A DNA stretch of 64,000 nucleotides, taken from positions 1 through 64,000 of the IMG/VR virus record IMGVR_UViG_2556921669_000003, one strand, 5' to 3'. This DNA comes from a virus. Taxonomy: Duplodnaviria > Heunggongvirae > Uroviricota > Caudoviricetes. The translations under genes and the position numbers were made by a program. Positions within the stretch are counted from its first letter, which is position 1, and the number at the start of each line of letters is the position of its first letter. Shown here piece by piece: positions 51,784 through 62,366 of this stretch. Under the pieces are notes generated by a model that saw nothing but the letters and a program-made list of their open reading frames with translations, was not told the DNA's origin and did no database searches.

Positions 51784-52422
51784 CACCGTCTCGGCGCCAT
51801 TCAGGGCCTCGTGACCTACGCTGACGGGACGACGCTTGATCTTTTCAGCGAATTCGCTGTCTCGCAGGCCGCAGAACTCGACTTCGATCTCGACAACGCC
51901 AACCCAGCGGAAGGCGTACTTCGCAAGGCTTGCTCCAATGTCGTCCTCAGCACGCGCAACGCGATGGGCGGCTCGCCGTTTGCTCGCGTTCACGCATTTG
52001 TGGGTGACACGTTCTTTGACCAGTTGATTTCCCATAAGGAAGTCCGCGAGACCTACAAGGGGTGGTCGGAAGCCGCCATCCTTCGTGATAGCTACGTCAG
52101 TCCTGATCGAGGCGGCAACGACATCTTCTCCTTCGGTGGCATCGCGTTTGAGCGGTACGGCGCAGCCACCTCTGTAGGCGACGGCGCCAAGATCGGCATA
52201 GAGGCTACCAAGGCGAAGTTCTTCCCGGTCGGCGCCCGTGGCATGTTCAAGACGTATTACGCGCCGGCTCCGTACATGGAGACGGTGAACACGCTGGGTC
52301 GTCCGTTCTACGCCAAGCAGGCTCTGCTTGACCTGGACAAGGGCGTCTACGGCGAAACGCAGATGAACGCTCTGGACATCTGCACACGTCCGAAGGCGCT
52401 GATGCGCGCCAAGAACACCTAA
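51784..52422 (+). pseudogene. major capsid protein (lambda gpE family), 3' portion (about 212 aa)
   Basis: Collinear with the C-terminal half of lambda E; reading frame continuous through the 12-mer; fusion with 37897..38295 gives a 345-aa protein (lambda E is 341 aa). Confidence 0.75.
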
Positions 52423-52453
52423 CGAATGAAACGGGCGGCAGGAGGCCGAAATA

Positions 52454-52837
52454 ATGCCAGTTGCTGCCCGTTTTCACGACCTGCGCGACAAAGTGCTGGC
52501 CGGTGTGGACCATGTCTTCGCCGAGCCAGTGCGCTTGTCGTTCTTCAAGAGTGGGGTGCTGGACCCATCAAGACCAGCGATTGAGATCGAAGCCGTCTTC
52601 CGGGTCGGCGAGGGGAAGACGACCAGCGTAGACGGCGGCCGGGCGCAAAGCTGGCGCAGCCGGATCGTCGCCGACAAGGCGCAACTGCACATCGATCGGG
52701 CCGCTTATAGCGGGCCGCAGCCTAATACTGGCGACAAGGTCCGCGCCCTAGCGAGGCACGGCCAGCCGTGGTTTGAAGTCGCCGACGTCGATGACCGCAG
52801 CCACACACGGCTGGTTTTGAATTTGAATGAGGCGTAG
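52454..52837 (+). CDS. putative head completion / head-tail adaptor protein
   Basis: Position directly after the capsid gene; 127 aa. Confidence 0.4.
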   Translation: MPVAARFHDLRDKVLAGVDHVFAEPVRLSFFKSGVLDPSRPAIEIEAVFRVGEGKTTSVDGGRAQSWRSRIVADKAQLHIDRAAYSGPQPNTGDKVRALARHGQPWFEVADVDDRSHTRLVLNLNEA

Positions 52838-52841
52838 GTCG

Positions 52842-53033
52842 ATGGCAGCCACTCCGAAGGATTGGATGAAGCCGTTCCTGCTTCTGGCGAACTCCGATGG
52901 CGTCCGTGCGTTCTACCGCGAGATGCCAAGCGAACAACTCGTTTGGCTGCGCAGCCAGCTTCCGAACGCCTCGGTTGATGAGTTTGAGCAACCCGACAGG
53001 CAACGCGTCGTAGAGTTCCGCACTTATAGCTAG
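52842..53033 (+). CDS. small hypothetical virion-module protein
   Basis: Internal ATG of ORF 52827. Confidence 0.3.
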   Translation: MAATPKDWMKPFLLLANSDGVRAFYREMPSEQLVWLRSQLPNASVDEFEQPDRQRVVEFRTYS

Positions 53034-53040
53034 GTGATCA

Positions 53041-53892
53041 ATGTCCCTGAATCGCATCGCAGCCCGCATCGCCGCGGTGCGGGCCCTGCGTGGGCGCACG
53101 CTGGTGGGCGACAACGTGCTGGACAGCCAGATTGGCGCGCTCGATGTCGCTGCCGACGGCTCGCTCCGGACCGATGAGGACCGCCCGTTTATCTCAGTCT
53201 ACGCCGACGCGGCGAAGTCTGACGACAACGTGTTGCGGTCTTGGGTCGACAACGGCCCTACCGAGTTTCTGTTCGAGATGGGCATCACGGCCGCCCATAC
53301 TGAAATGGACGAGGCCACTGGCGAGACGACACTACTGGGTGTCGGGATTCCGGCGACTGACGCCAACTTTGAGTTCACGTTGGACGTGGTTGCGCGCCAG
53401 GTAGGCGACACACTGACCGACCCGAAAAACGAATGGGCGGAGATATTCCGCAAGTTCCTGCGCGGCATCGATCGCATCGAGCGTGCCAGAACCAGCGGCG
53501 ACGGTTCCGGCATTCGCTTGGCCGCGCAGCAGCTAAAAGTCACTGGCGACCTAATTGCCGACCCCGTTCGCGGCGTGGAGCTGAAGCCGGCTCACCCGCT
53601 GGCCATGTTCTTCGCGAAGGCGGCTACGGTGACGGTGCCTAATCCTGCACACGATCCTGACGACGAGAACAGTCCCGCCACCATTCCAGATCCGGTTGTG
53701 GCCGCCCAGGTCACACTCATGCAAGCGCAGCTCTTCGCCAACGAATTCCAGTGGCAGACGGACATGCGCCGCTACGGCATGACGCGCACCGAGGCCGACA
53801 ATCTGCTTCTCATTCCGCCAACGGGCGCCGAGGCCGACATCACCGTCGTGAACGTCGATGCTTCGCCAGCCACGCCGGTAGGTGCACCGTGA
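53041..53892 (+). CDS. hypothetical virion-module protein (283 aa)
   Basis: Between head and baseplate genes; GTGA overlap with gpV. Confidence 0.4.
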   Translation: MSLNRIAARIAAVRALRGRTLVGDNVLDSQIGALDVAADGSLRTDEDRPFISVYADAAKSDDNVLRSWVDNGPTEFLFEMGITAAHTEMDEATGETTLLGVGIPATDANFEFTLDVVARQVGDTLTDPKNEWAEIFRKFLRGIDRIERARTSGDGSGIRLAAQQLKVTGDLIADPVRGVELKPAHPLAMFFAKAATVTVPNPAHDPDDENSPATIPDPVVAAQVTLMQAQLFANEFQWQTDMRRYGMTRTEADNLLLIPPTGAEADITVVNVDASPATPVGAP

Positions 53893-54422
53893 TCCCGAAC
53901 ACGATTGAAGGTCAAATTGCTGACCTTTACCACCGGCACGCAGAGAGTGAGCGGCGCGCCCGCAATCGCAAGCGCACCGGCACGGTGGTCGAAGGGCCGG
54001 ACGACAAGGGCCGGTATCGGGTGAAAATCTCCGAGCAGGGCGGCACGCCGTACCTGTCTCCATGGGTAAAGCCTAAGACCTACGCCGCCGGCGGGGTCAA
54101 GATGGACGTGGTCTACACCGTAGGCGAGCAGGTCGATCTGGTTTCCGAAAGCGGCGACCTGACCGATGCCGTTATCGAGATGTCGACCTATTCCGAGGCG
54201 AACGCCCGCGAAAACACCGGCAACGTCCCGCTGCATATCAAGATCGGCTCGACGGTGATTCAGGCGGGCGGTGATGGCGTGACGATTACCGCCGGCAAGA
54301 TCGTGCTGGATGGCGAGGTTCATCTGGGCGGTGAGGGCGGTCAACTGCTCCACCGCAAGGGCGACGCCGACAGCGATGGCGACACGGCCGTGGGCTCTGC
54401 GACGCGGGTCTACGCGGTCTAG
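53889..54422 (+). CDS. gpV-like baseplate spike/hub protein (helper copy, GTG start)
   Basis: P2-like order V-W-J-I follows; OB-fold N-terminal domain plus conserved C-terminal tip. Confidence 0.7.
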   Translation: MIPNTIEGQIADLYHRHAESERRARNRKRTGTVVEGPDDKGRYRVKISEQGGTPYLSPWVKPKTYAAGGVKMDVVYTVGEQVDLVSESGDLTDAVIEMSTYSEANARENTGNVPLHIKIGSTVIQAGGDGVTITAGKIVLDGEVHLGGEGGQLLHRKGDADSDGDTAVGSATRVYAV

Positions 54423-54453
54423 TTTCTGGCTTCGGCCAAAAAGGACACCCCAC

Positions 54454-54828
54454 ATGGCCGATTCAACCGGCGTGAACGCGGCCACTGGCGCTGCGCTCAC
54501 GGGCTGGGCGCATGTCCAGCAGTCAATCAGCAAGATCCTGCGGACGCCGATCGGCTCCCGTGTCATGAGGCGCGATTTCGGTTCGGACCTGCCGGACCTG
54601 GTCGACGCGAAGATGACGCAGCGCAACGTGCTGGCGGTCTATTCCGCCGCGGCCACGGCAATTGCCCGCTGGGAGCCTCGCTTCCGCATGCGCGGCGGGG
54701 CGGTCCAGCGCGCCGAGGCGACCGGGCTCCTGGCTCTCGCGATTTACGGAACCTATTACCCGCGCGGCCATCTCGGCGACTACACGGTCGCAGAGGACGC
54801 CACGGCGCGGGTTGTTTTTGAGAGGTAG
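54454..54828 (+). CDS. gpW / gp25-like baseplate wedge protein
   Basis: 124-aa protein with GPW_gp25 lysozyme-like fold features (..RMRRDFGSDLPDLVD..). Confidence 0.7.
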   Translation: MADSTGVNAATGAALTGWAHVQQSISKILRTPIGSRVMRRDFGSDLPDLVDAKMTQRNVLAVYSAAATAIARWEPRFRMRGGAVQRAEATGLLALAIYGTYYPRGHLGDYTVAEDATARVVFER

Positions 54829-54830
54829 GC

Positions 54831-55721
54831 ATGGCTGACGCGGCGAGTTCGCTGGACCTATCGTCTTTGTCTGCGCCAATCATAATCGAGCAAATCGATT
54901 ACGAGGTGATCTTTCAGCGATATGTCGCCAAATTCAAGGAAATCTGGGCAGTATTGCGGGCGGCCAATCCAGACCTCCCGGACTATGATGTCCAGATGCT
55001 GGAGACTGATCCGGCCATTGTAATCAAGCAGGCTGCGGCGTACGTCGAGGCACTCCTCCGCGCAGATGGCAATGACAAGGCCAAGGGTCTGCTACTGGCT
55101 TACGCCACCGGCTCGGCGCTCGACCACATCCTGGCAACGTATCACAGAACGCCCCGACTGCCGAACGAAAGTGACGACGCCTATCGCGCGCGCGGTCAGT
55201 TGGCGCCCGAGGCCATGGCAGATCTCGGAGTGACCCATGGGGGTTACATATTTCGCGTTCGCACGGCGTTCTCAAACGAGATCAAAGACGTTCGGCCGAT
55301 CCGACGAGGCGCGGGGCGCATCGAACTCCGGGTCCTTGGGAAGAGCGAAACGGGCATCGTTCCAAGCGCGACACTTGCGGCAATCATTCGCTCGTTCGAG
55401 CCGGAGCACGCGACACAGTCGACCGACATCCTCACGGTCATGCAGGCCGATATCGATGAGCGGCACGTCACGATTAACCTGAAAATACCCCGTGGGCCCG
55501 ACCCGGCGTCCGTTAAGGCCGCATCGCGCAAGAAGCTCGATGCGTATGCAGCGGCGGTCCACCAAATCGGTTCAGGCCTCTATGTCGACGCTCTTTATGC
55601 GGCGGCGCATGTCTCTCCCGTTATTACCGTCGCCATCACTGGCCTTTCGGCAGATGTGCTGCCGCGTCCGGAAGCCGCAATCAAGCTGGTCATAGACGAC
55701 GTCCTGACAGAGGTACTGTGA
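54831..55721 (+). CDS. baseplate protein J (P2 gpJ-like)
   Basis: 296 aa after gpW; conserved gpJ N-terminal region. Confidence 0.75.
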   Translation: MADAASSLDLSSLSAPIIIEQIDYEVIFQRYVAKFKEIWAVLRAANPDLPDYDVQMLETDPAIVIKQAAAYVEALLRADGNDKAKGLLLAYATGSALDHILATYHRTPRLPNESDDAYRARGQLAPEAMADLGVTHGGYIFRVRTAFSNEIKDVRPIRRGAGRIELRVLGKSETGIVPSATLAAIIRSFEPEHATQSTDILTVMQADIDERHVTINLKIPRGPDPASVKAASRKKLDAYAAAVHQIGSGLYVDALYAAAHVSPVITVAITGLSADVLPRPEAAIKLVIDDVLTEVL

Positions 55722-56932
55722 TGACCAGCCCTGCCACGTTGCTTCCTTCCAACTCCGGTCTTTACGAAAAGGCAGTTGCCGAGAGCATCGAGATCGATCC
55801 CGCCGTTCTTGCGCCGATCGGTACGATGGCCGACCCGTTGAGGATACCGGCGTCAGCCCTGCCGCATCTCGCGTGGGGCTGGTCTACGGATTACTGGCGG
55901 GACGGGTGGCCGGAGCATCGCAAGCGTCAGGTGGTTCTGGAGCAGCCGGCGTTTCACCGCCTGAAAGGTACGATCGCCGCAGACCGGATGGCGTGCGACT
56001 ACGCAGATGCCGAACTGATCAACTATCACCTGCCGCGCGACGGTTTCATGATCGGTCGGTCTCCCACGCCGGAGGCCTACGAAGCATGGCTGCGCGCGCT
56101 CCCCGAGATCCGCATCTATCCGCTTCCGCCACGCGCAACGAAGTCTCCGCCTCTGGGTGGAGCGGTCGGACGTCATCCTGTGTTTCGTGGCTCTCCGGTC
56201 CCGCAGGCGCGCCGGGCGGAACTGCGCAAAGGCGACCAGGTGGTGGCGCTTGTCGTCTCCGGGGAGACGTTCGATCCGGACGGCCAAGCGCTTGCCGAGA
56301 TCGAGCGCGTCTCGGTTCCAGCGCCACCAGAGATAACCCTTGCGGCAGGGCGGGGAAAATTTAGTAGGCCGATCGGCAAGCCGGCATCCACGCGACGCGT
56401 GTTTGATTTCGACTGGCGGCCCACCTCGCGCGATCCGTTCGACCTGAAGCCGGGCGTTCCGTCGCTGGTGCCCGCCGAAGCGCACCCCCGCATCGTGCCG
56501 ATTTCGCGACCAAGCCGTGGTTGGCGCGTTGCCGTGGGCCGCACGTCGATGGGTGGAGCTGTTTCCCCGGCTCCGGCACGGGCGGACTTCTATCTAGCGC
56601 TCCGAGTGGCTGACGGAACCGGCCCTTCCGGCTCGCGGCCTCGCACAGGTTCGGTCGGTCGATCCAGGATGCCTCGTGCGCCATTCACTAAGGAACTGGC
56701 GGTGCTGGTCGCAAGACCGAGCAAGCGAGGATTTCCGTTCTCTGGGCGCCGCATCGCGCCGGACCCGGCGGCAAAAACCAAAGACGTATTGTCCGCAATC
56801 GCGAGCGCACAGAGCGCGCGCGATGTCGTGACCGTCAACTTCAACGTTGTTCGCGAACTCACCGTGGCGGACCTCAATGACATCGATGAGACCACCCGCA
56901 TCGGCGCGGTGAAACTCATGAGCAGGAGATAG
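55718..56932 (+). CDS. tail protein I (P2 gpI-like)
   Basis: Position after J; N-terminal conserved region; ATGA overlap. Confidence 0.6.
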   Translation: MMTSPATLLPSNSGLYEKAVAESIEIDPAVLAPIGTMADPLRIPASALPHLAWGWSTDYWRDGWPEHRKRQVVLEQPAFHRLKGTIAADRMACDYADAELINYHLPRDGFMIGRSPTPEAYEAWLRALPEIRIYPLPPRATKSPPLGGAVGRHPVFRGSPVPQARRAELRKGDQVVALVVSGETFDPDGQALAEIERVSVPAPPEITLAAGRGKFSRPIGKPASTRRVFDFDWRPTSRDPFDLKPGVPSLVPAEAHPRIVPISRPSRGWRVAVGRTSMGGAVSPAPARADFYLALRVADGTGPSGSRPRTGSVGRSRMPRAPFTKELAVLVARPSKRGFPFSGRRIAPDPAAKTKDVLSAIASAQSARDVVTVNFNVVRELTVADLNDIDETTRIGAVKLMSRR

Positions 56933-56936
56933 GCTT

Positions 56937-59285
56937 ATGTATCAGCGCGTCACCATTGGTGAAGGCGAGCACTTCCGCGAGCAGGATGTGTCGAATCTCG
57001 GCACGTTCCCGCAGGTTGGGGACGAGATGCTCACTGAAGACTGGCTGGGCACGGCTCGCTATCGCGGCTTTGCGACGGTTAAGGATGGGCAGAATGCCGC
57101 CGTGGTTTCGACCGGCGCGGCCTACGTGAACTTCCGGCAATACGCCCTGGAGGCAGCTGTAACGATCAGCCTTGTCGCGGAAAAGCCGCTGATCGCCGGG
57201 CAGAAACGCGTTGTCATCCTCGCCGCACAAGGCGTTGATGATCGTCCGGCACCCGCCACTTCGCGCGATAAGACGGTGGAGGTGCCGGATGGTGCCGGCG
57301 GCACGACCACGCAGGACATCGTCGTAACGACATCGCCATATGTGCGCAACGTCGTCGAGGTGGCTAAGCTCGCGAGCGGCCTTTCGACGCAGGAACTCGA
57401 CCCCGTCGTTCCGGCCAACGTCGTCCCGTTCTGCCGTATCGTGCTGGACGTCAACGGCATCGTGGGCGATCCGGAAATGCTCGACGACCACCGCATCAAG
57501 TCGGTCAACGATCTCGACGCGATCATCTCGCAGCAGGGTGCCGTTTTGGACGTCGTGCGCGGTGAGGTTCAGGCACTGCGGAACGATCTGGTTGGCATTT
57601 CCGGTTTCCTGAAGTCGACCGTCAGCTATGCCACGCTTGACCAGATTATCTACGACGTCGCCACGCTGAAGGATGTCAATGATATCGGCGACACCGGCGC
57701 GCCCTATGCACTCGATCGCCTTGCCAACGACAGCGAGGTCAACACCGCGCATCCGGACTTCAAGGGTCGTGTCGACGAGGGCTTGCAGGCGCCCTATGCG
57801 GCGGAGGACCGCGTTCCGCTCTCGCTGTTCAACGCCAATGACATCCGCCTGATGCACCAGGACAAGGGCGTCCTGTTCCCTGCCTACGATCCGGAGATCG
57901 GGCATATCGTTCATTCGACGGGCCAGACCGCGCCGCTCGGCGGAACGGTGACGCAGACCATGCAGCTCGTGCGCATGCACATGACCCGTGTTCGTATCCG
58001 CTATGGCGGCTACTACCACTACATGAACCCGCTGCTCTGGCACCCTCTGCGCTACCAGACGGACATCGTTTACCGCGTGTGGGCGCAGCAGGCCGAGGCG
58101 TTTGCATACCCCTACGGCTACTACATCAACCGCTACCCGTACTGGAACCGCTACTGGCGCTATGGCGTCATCGTGGACCGGTACGTCTACAGCTACGACG
58201 TCTGGCGCAAGACGAACCTGACGATCCAGGGCGTCATCAAGGGCCAGACCTGGCTTCAGTCGCAGGAACGCTATATTCCGGCGATCCGTCTCGGCCTTAT
58301 CAACTGGGAGAACGGCGCGGAGATAACTGTCGCGCTCTGCAAGCTGCGCGCCGATGGTTCACCGGACCCGGAGAAGGTGCTTCAGACGGTCACGCTTACC
58401 TCGTCCAGCTTCGTGCGTTACGTGCGCGGCAAGGACGCCACTATGACGCGCTTTGCCTTCCCGGTTCCGGCCCATGTCGGCCGTGAAGGCGTCGGCTACC
58501 TGACTTCTGTCACGGGTAACGTCACCGTGGCCATGGCGACGGGCGACCAGTTCCTTGGCGGAAACTACTTCGAAAGCACGGACGGCAACTTCTTTGTCGG
58601 ATCGATCACGCAGGACATGGCCCATGCCGTGGAGTACTGCAAGTTCCGCGCGACGACGCTCGACGTTCGCCTCAACAATCTGTCCCTTTCCGGCGGCGTC
58701 CAGAACGTCGACATCAACTGCCCGGCCATCGTTCCGGACAATACCGGCGTTGCCTGGCAGGCCAACTCGGGCGGCGCATGGAAGACGATGGCGAACCTGC
58801 CCGCAGACGAAACCGCACCCGATCCGGACCCTACCGAAGTGTTCGGCGTGGGGACCACGGCGACCTATGACTTCCGGGCCTTCCTGACGGGTAATGAGTG
58901 GGTGATGCCGGTACTTGAGCTTTCGGGTTCGGAACGCACCGCGTTCCGGTCGGATGACGACGTCCATTACATCAGCATTCCGCGCTCGGTCCCCTCTGGC
59001 ACCACGTGGGCGAAGGTTGTCGTTACAGCGACGATCCCGAAGTACGATGCGGTACGTCACACGCTTAGCGCCAAGATCCACCATGGCACGGCGCTGACGA
59101 CGGTCGTCAATCCCGATGGTGCGCCGGTCATCAAGCCTGTTCCGGAGAACAACGCCGTCGAGGTGACGTGGGAATTCACGGTTGATCCCGCAAACGACGT
59201 CTATGAGACGCACGTGCTGGCTGCAACCAACAACATCGCTTTCCCGATTGCGGTCTCTAAGGTGTTTAGCAAGGTAATCGAATAA
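56937..59285 (+). CDS. tail fiber / host-specificity protein (782 aa)
   Basis: Large beta-rich protein after the baseplate genes; aromatic-rich central region. Confidence 0.5.
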   Translation: MYQRVTIGEGEHFREQDVSNLGTFPQVGDEMLTEDWLGTARYRGFATVKDGQNAAVVSTGAAYVNFRQYALEAAVTISLVAEKPLIAGQKRVVILAAQGVDDRPAPATSRDKTVEVPDGAGGTTTQDIVVTTSPYVRNVVEVAKLASGLSTQELDPVVPANVVPFCRIVLDVNGIVGDPEMLDDHRIKSVNDLDAIISQQGAVLDVVRGEVQALRNDLVGISGFLKSTVSYATLDQIIYDVATLKDVNDIGDTGAPYALDRLANDSEVNTAHPDFKGRVDEGLQAPYAAEDRVPLSLFNANDIRLMHQDKGVLFPAYDPEIGHIVHSTGQTAPLGGTVTQTMQLVRMHMTRVRIRYGGYYHYMNPLLWHPLRYQTDIVYRVWAQQAEAFAYPYGYYINRYPYWNRYWRYGVIVDRYVYSYDVWRKTNLTIQGVIKGQTWLQSQERYIPAIRLGLINWENGAEITVALCKLRADGSPDPEKVLQTVTLTSSSFVRYVRGKDATMTRFAFPVPAHVGREGVGYLTSVTGNVTVAMATGDQFLGGNYFESTDGNFFVGSITQDMAHAVEYCKFRATTLDVRLNNLSLSGGVQNVDINCPAIVPDNTGVAWQANSGGAWKTMANLPADETAPDPDPTEVFGVGTTATYDFRAFLTGNEWVMPVLELSGSERTAFRSDDDVHYISIPRSVPSGTTWAKVVVTATIPKYDAVRHTLSAKIHHGTALTTVVNPDGAPVIKPVPENNAVEVTWEFTVDPANDVYETHVLAATNNIAFPIAVSKVFSKVIE

Positions 59286-60436
59286 TGGCTAACAACCCCG
59301 CTTCACTGCTCGAAGTCCGCGACAGTTTGCTGCTCGACGCGGTGAAGCGGGCGCTCAGCCAGCTTCACGAGCGGACGGAAGCTGTAGAGGCCTCGACTGC
59401 CGCACTCAAAGTTGGGCAGGTGCAGGCCGTCGATGATCTCGTGGCGCAAATCACGACGAACTTTTCTGACTTGTTCACAGATGCATCCGTCGTGGTAAGT
59501 GCCCTTCAGGAGGGCCACTACACCTCGGCCGATATCGACGGTCCGGTGATTTTCGATGTGCAGAACGGGCTTTCCCTCTCGCTCGACGTCTCCGGCCCGA
59601 TCGGTTTTTCGCCGGCTCCGATCGTCATGATCGGCCGCAAGGCCAATCGGGACGATCTGGCCGTCTGCCGTGTCGTGAGCTGGAGCAAGGAGACAAACAC
59701 CCTTGTCGTCGACGTCCTTGCTGTCGCGGGCGACGACGGGCCGCATGTCGATTGCTACGTCGAGGTCGGGCTTCTGTCCGCTCTGGGCGAAGCTGCGATG
59801 CTGGAACAGGTGCAGGCGCTCCTGGTCGAGACGCAAGGCGTGCGCGATGTTGCGGCAGGACATGCCGGCGCGGCGTCCAGTTCCGCTGATGTCGCAGCCG
59901 GGCATGTCGTCGCAGCTGGTGAGGAGCGCGAGGCGGCCGAGACCGCGCGTGACGCGGCCGAAGGTTCCGCTGACGCCGCGCTTGGCTTCCGCGACGAAGC
60001 CGCCGGTCACGCTGAAGCCGCCGAGGATGCGGCGGCGCTGGCTGCGACTTTCGTCCCCTCGAATTTCTACAACAAAGGCGAGGTCGATGACGCGCTGTCT
60101 GCGCGCGACGACAATATATCGGAGGTCGCTACTGCTATCGCCGATGCAAGAGCAGATGCCGCCACTGTCATTGCCGAGGACGTCACTGCCGTCGCCGGCG
60201 ACAAGCTCATTGTCAATTCGGCAGGCGGTGCGATCGTTGTCACCCTCCCGTCCGCGCCTGCCGCCGGCACGCCCGTCCGCGTGTTTCGAGATGGCGCCAG
60301 CAACGTCACGATCGCGCGCAATGGCTCGACGATCGAGGGCGCGTCTGAAGACCTCGTCCTCGACGAGGACAAACGCGGCGTTCGGATGACGTACCTGTTT
60401 GGGACGTGGAAAGCTTTTCCAGAGGTGCTTGCATGA
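59285..60436 (+). CDS. tail fiber protein with Ala-rich AAGHA fibre repeats
   Basis: Repeated A-A-G-H-A..S/A..A motif typical of P2 gpH-like fibre repeats; TAATG overlap. Confidence 0.5.
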   Translation: MANNPASLLEVRDSLLLDAVKRALSQLHERTEAVEASTAALKVGQVQAVDDLVAQITTNFSDLFTDASVVVSALQEGHYTSADIDGPVIFDVQNGLSLSLDVSGPIGFSPAPIVMIGRKANRDDLAVCRVVSWSKETNTLVVDVLAVAGDDGPHVDCYVEVGLLSALGEAAMLEQVQALLVETQGVRDVAAGHAGAASSSADVAAGHVVAAGEEREAAETARDAAEGSADAALGFRDEAAGHAEAAEDAAALAATFVPSNFYNKGEVDDALSARDDNISEVATAIADARADAATVIAEDVTAVAGDKLIVNSAGGAIVVTLPSAPAAGTPVRVFRDGASNVTIARNGSTIEGASEDLVLDEDKRGVRMTYLFGTWKAFPEVLA

Positions 60437-61461
60437 ATTACTCCACTCTTTTCGGTTCTACGGCGGCGGGCGGCGTCGAGTATCAGTTTGTCCTGTCGGC
60501 CAGGACGTGGACAGCCCCGCGCGATTGCACGGTAAAGATTTCCGCGTTCGGCGCGTCCGGCAGTGGCGGCGTGTTGCGCCGCGCCGGTGGCAATGCGACG
60601 GGCGGCGGTGCTGGTGCGCGTTGCACCAAAACGGTGAAGCTCAAGGCTGGCGATGTGTTGACCTTGACGCCCGGTGCGGGCGGCGCGGCCGTCACAACGA
60701 CAAATGGCGTCGTTCAGGGCAACTCCGGCGGAAACACCACCGTGACCGGTCCGGATGGATTGAACCTGTCTGCCGGCGGCGGCGAAGGCGGCAAGGCGAA
60801 TGCCGATGGAACCGTGGCTCTTACGGGCGGTGCGGGTGGGCTGGCAACGGGTGGCGACGAGAACGTTGCGGGCGGGCGCGGTGGAAACATTTCCGCTGCC
60901 TCGCAGGCGTCTTATCTAAGAGCGAGCGGCGGCGGAGCGCTTCCACTCTTTGATGTCGGACATCGCGGTGGTGACATCGCTAGCAATAGTAACATGATGT
61001 CCACCGGCGGCGCTGGCGTCGGGGGTAATGGCGGAGATACCAGCGGTTCTCTTGGAGCAGTGACCGGCGGCGGAAGCGCCCATGGCAGTGCGCCCTCTAC
61101 CAATAACTCCACTCCCGGCGAAGGTGCCGGCGTATTCTCTTCGTTTGCGGTCCTCGTAGAGTGGATACGAGGTATCGGCGCAGGGTCGGCTGGCGTGAGC
61201 GGAGCAGGCGTAGCAGCGTCACCTGGCGGCATCGGCGCGGGGGGTGGCGGCTCGACCGCTTCCGGCACCTCCACGACATCCGGCGGTCCCGGCCTCTTCG
61301 GCGGCGGCGGCGGTGCGTCCAGTTCAAGCTCGGCCACCGCGCTCGCGAAAGGTGGAGCCGACGCGGTCTGCGGCGGTACGGGCGGTGCTGCCTCATCGAC
61401 CGGCTCTTCCGCGACCTCGGAAAAGGGCGGCGACGGCTTCATCCTCTTGGAGGTCTATTGA
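60433..61461 (+). CDS. glycine-rich tail fiber / collar-like protein
   Basis: GGAGG/GGxG repeats throughout; ATGA overlap. Confidence 0.4.
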   Translation: MNYSTLFGSTAAGGVEYQFVLSARTWTAPRDCTVKISAFGASGSGGVLRRAGGNATGGGAGARCTKTVKLKAGDVLTLTPGAGGAAVTTTNGVVQGNSGGNTTVTGPDGLNLSAGGGEGGKANADGTVALTGGAGGLATGGDENVAGGRGGNISAASQASYLRASGGGALPLFDVGHRGGDIASNSNMMSTGGAGVGGNGGDTSGSLGAVTGGGSAHGSAPSTNNSTPGEGAGVFSSFAVLVEWIRGIGAGSAGVSGAGVAASPGGIGAGGGGSTASGTSTTSGGPGLFGGGGGASSSSSATALAKGGADAVCGGTGGAASSTGSSATSEKGGDGFILLEVY

Positions 61462-61844
61462 TGCGGTACAAAATCTTCGACAGCGAAGGAAACCACGTCA
61501 ACTCGATCGTCGCTGATGAGGCTTTCGTAGAGGAGCATTTTCCCGGTCGATACGAGCTTTTGCCAGAGCCGCCTGTTCCCCCTCCGCCTGTGCCTGGCCC
61601 CCTTTCGCCGATCTCGCCGCGCCAGATGCTGATCGGTCTCCTGTCGATCGGCATCACCGAGGCGATGGTGCTCGCTGAGCTGGAAGCCATTGCGGACCCG
61701 CAGGAGAGGGCTATCGCCTTAATCGAATGGCAGCGTGCCGGGACCATTGATCGCGGCCACCCACTCGTTGACGAGCTTGCCGCGACCTTCGAACTTCCGC
61801 CCGAACAGGTCGATGATTTGTGGCGGTGGGCGGCAGGGCTTTAA
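61461..61844 (+). CDS. tail fiber assembly chaperone
   Basis: MRYKIFDSEGNHV... N-terminus typical of tfa proteins; directly after the fibre genes. Confidence 0.5.
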   Translation: MRYKIFDSEGNHVNSIVADEAFVEEHFPGRYELLPEPPVPPPPVPGPLSPISPRQMLIGLLSIGITEAMVLAELEAIADPQERAIALIEWQRAGTIDRGHPLVDELAATFELPPEQVDDLWRWAAGL

Positions 61845-61866
61845 CCCCCATCCAAAGGACACTCTC

Positions 61867-61998
61867 ATGACCCGCATCCTCGCGGCGGCTCTGTGCTGCC
61901 TGCTTTTGGCTTCCTGCGGTTCGCTCAGCGACCGCCAGCGCGACGCCGATTGGGGTCAGTCTGGCGGCGTCCTCAACTACACGGAGCGCACCCGATGA
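61867..61998 (+). CDS. small lipoprotein (43 aa, lipobox LASC)
   Basis: MTRILAAALCCLLLASCGS... Confidence 0.35.
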   Translation: MTRILAAALCCLLLASCGSLSDRQRDADWGQSGGVLNYTERTR

Positions 61999-62303
61999 TC
62001 GGTGAATTCAAAATCGACAAGTCGTTCTTCGGGCACATCCTCGAAAGCCAGCTTATCGCCATCATCATGGCGGCCATCCTCAGCCCATGGTTCGCCCTCT
62101 GGCCCGCCTACCTCATGGGCGGCGCGCTCGGCGTGGCCTTCTATGTTGGCCGTGAGAAGCGCGACACCGAGACCGGCCTCAAGCTTGACGCCGGCTCGCC
62201 CAAGGCGTGGCTGCTCATGTGGCGGCGCTGGTCGAACCTTACCGACGTCGCCGGCCCCATCCTGGCCTATGGCGCGGGCTGGGCAGTTTATCTGCTCCAA
62301 TAG
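61995..62303 (+). CDS. small membrane protein (3 TM), holin-like
   Basis: ATGA overlap with the lipoprotein gene; three hydrophobic helices. Confidence 0.35.
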   Translation: MIGEFKIDKSFFGHILESQLIAIIMAAILSPWFALWPAYLMGGALGVAFYVGREKRDTETGLKLDAGSPKAWLLMWRRWSNLTDVAGPILAYGAGWAVYLLQ

Positions 62304-62341
62304 CGTTCACGTCTAGCCCCATCCACACACCACCGCACTAA

Positions 62342-62366
62342 CCCGCCCCACCAAGGCGGGTTTTTT
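62342..62366 (+). terminator. rho-independent terminator CCCGCC-ccaccaa-GGCGGG plus TTTTTTGTTG
   Basis: GC stem, 7-nt loop, T6 run; followed by the CACCACACACTACGGAGGAGG module of the sheath gene. Confidence 0.5.
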
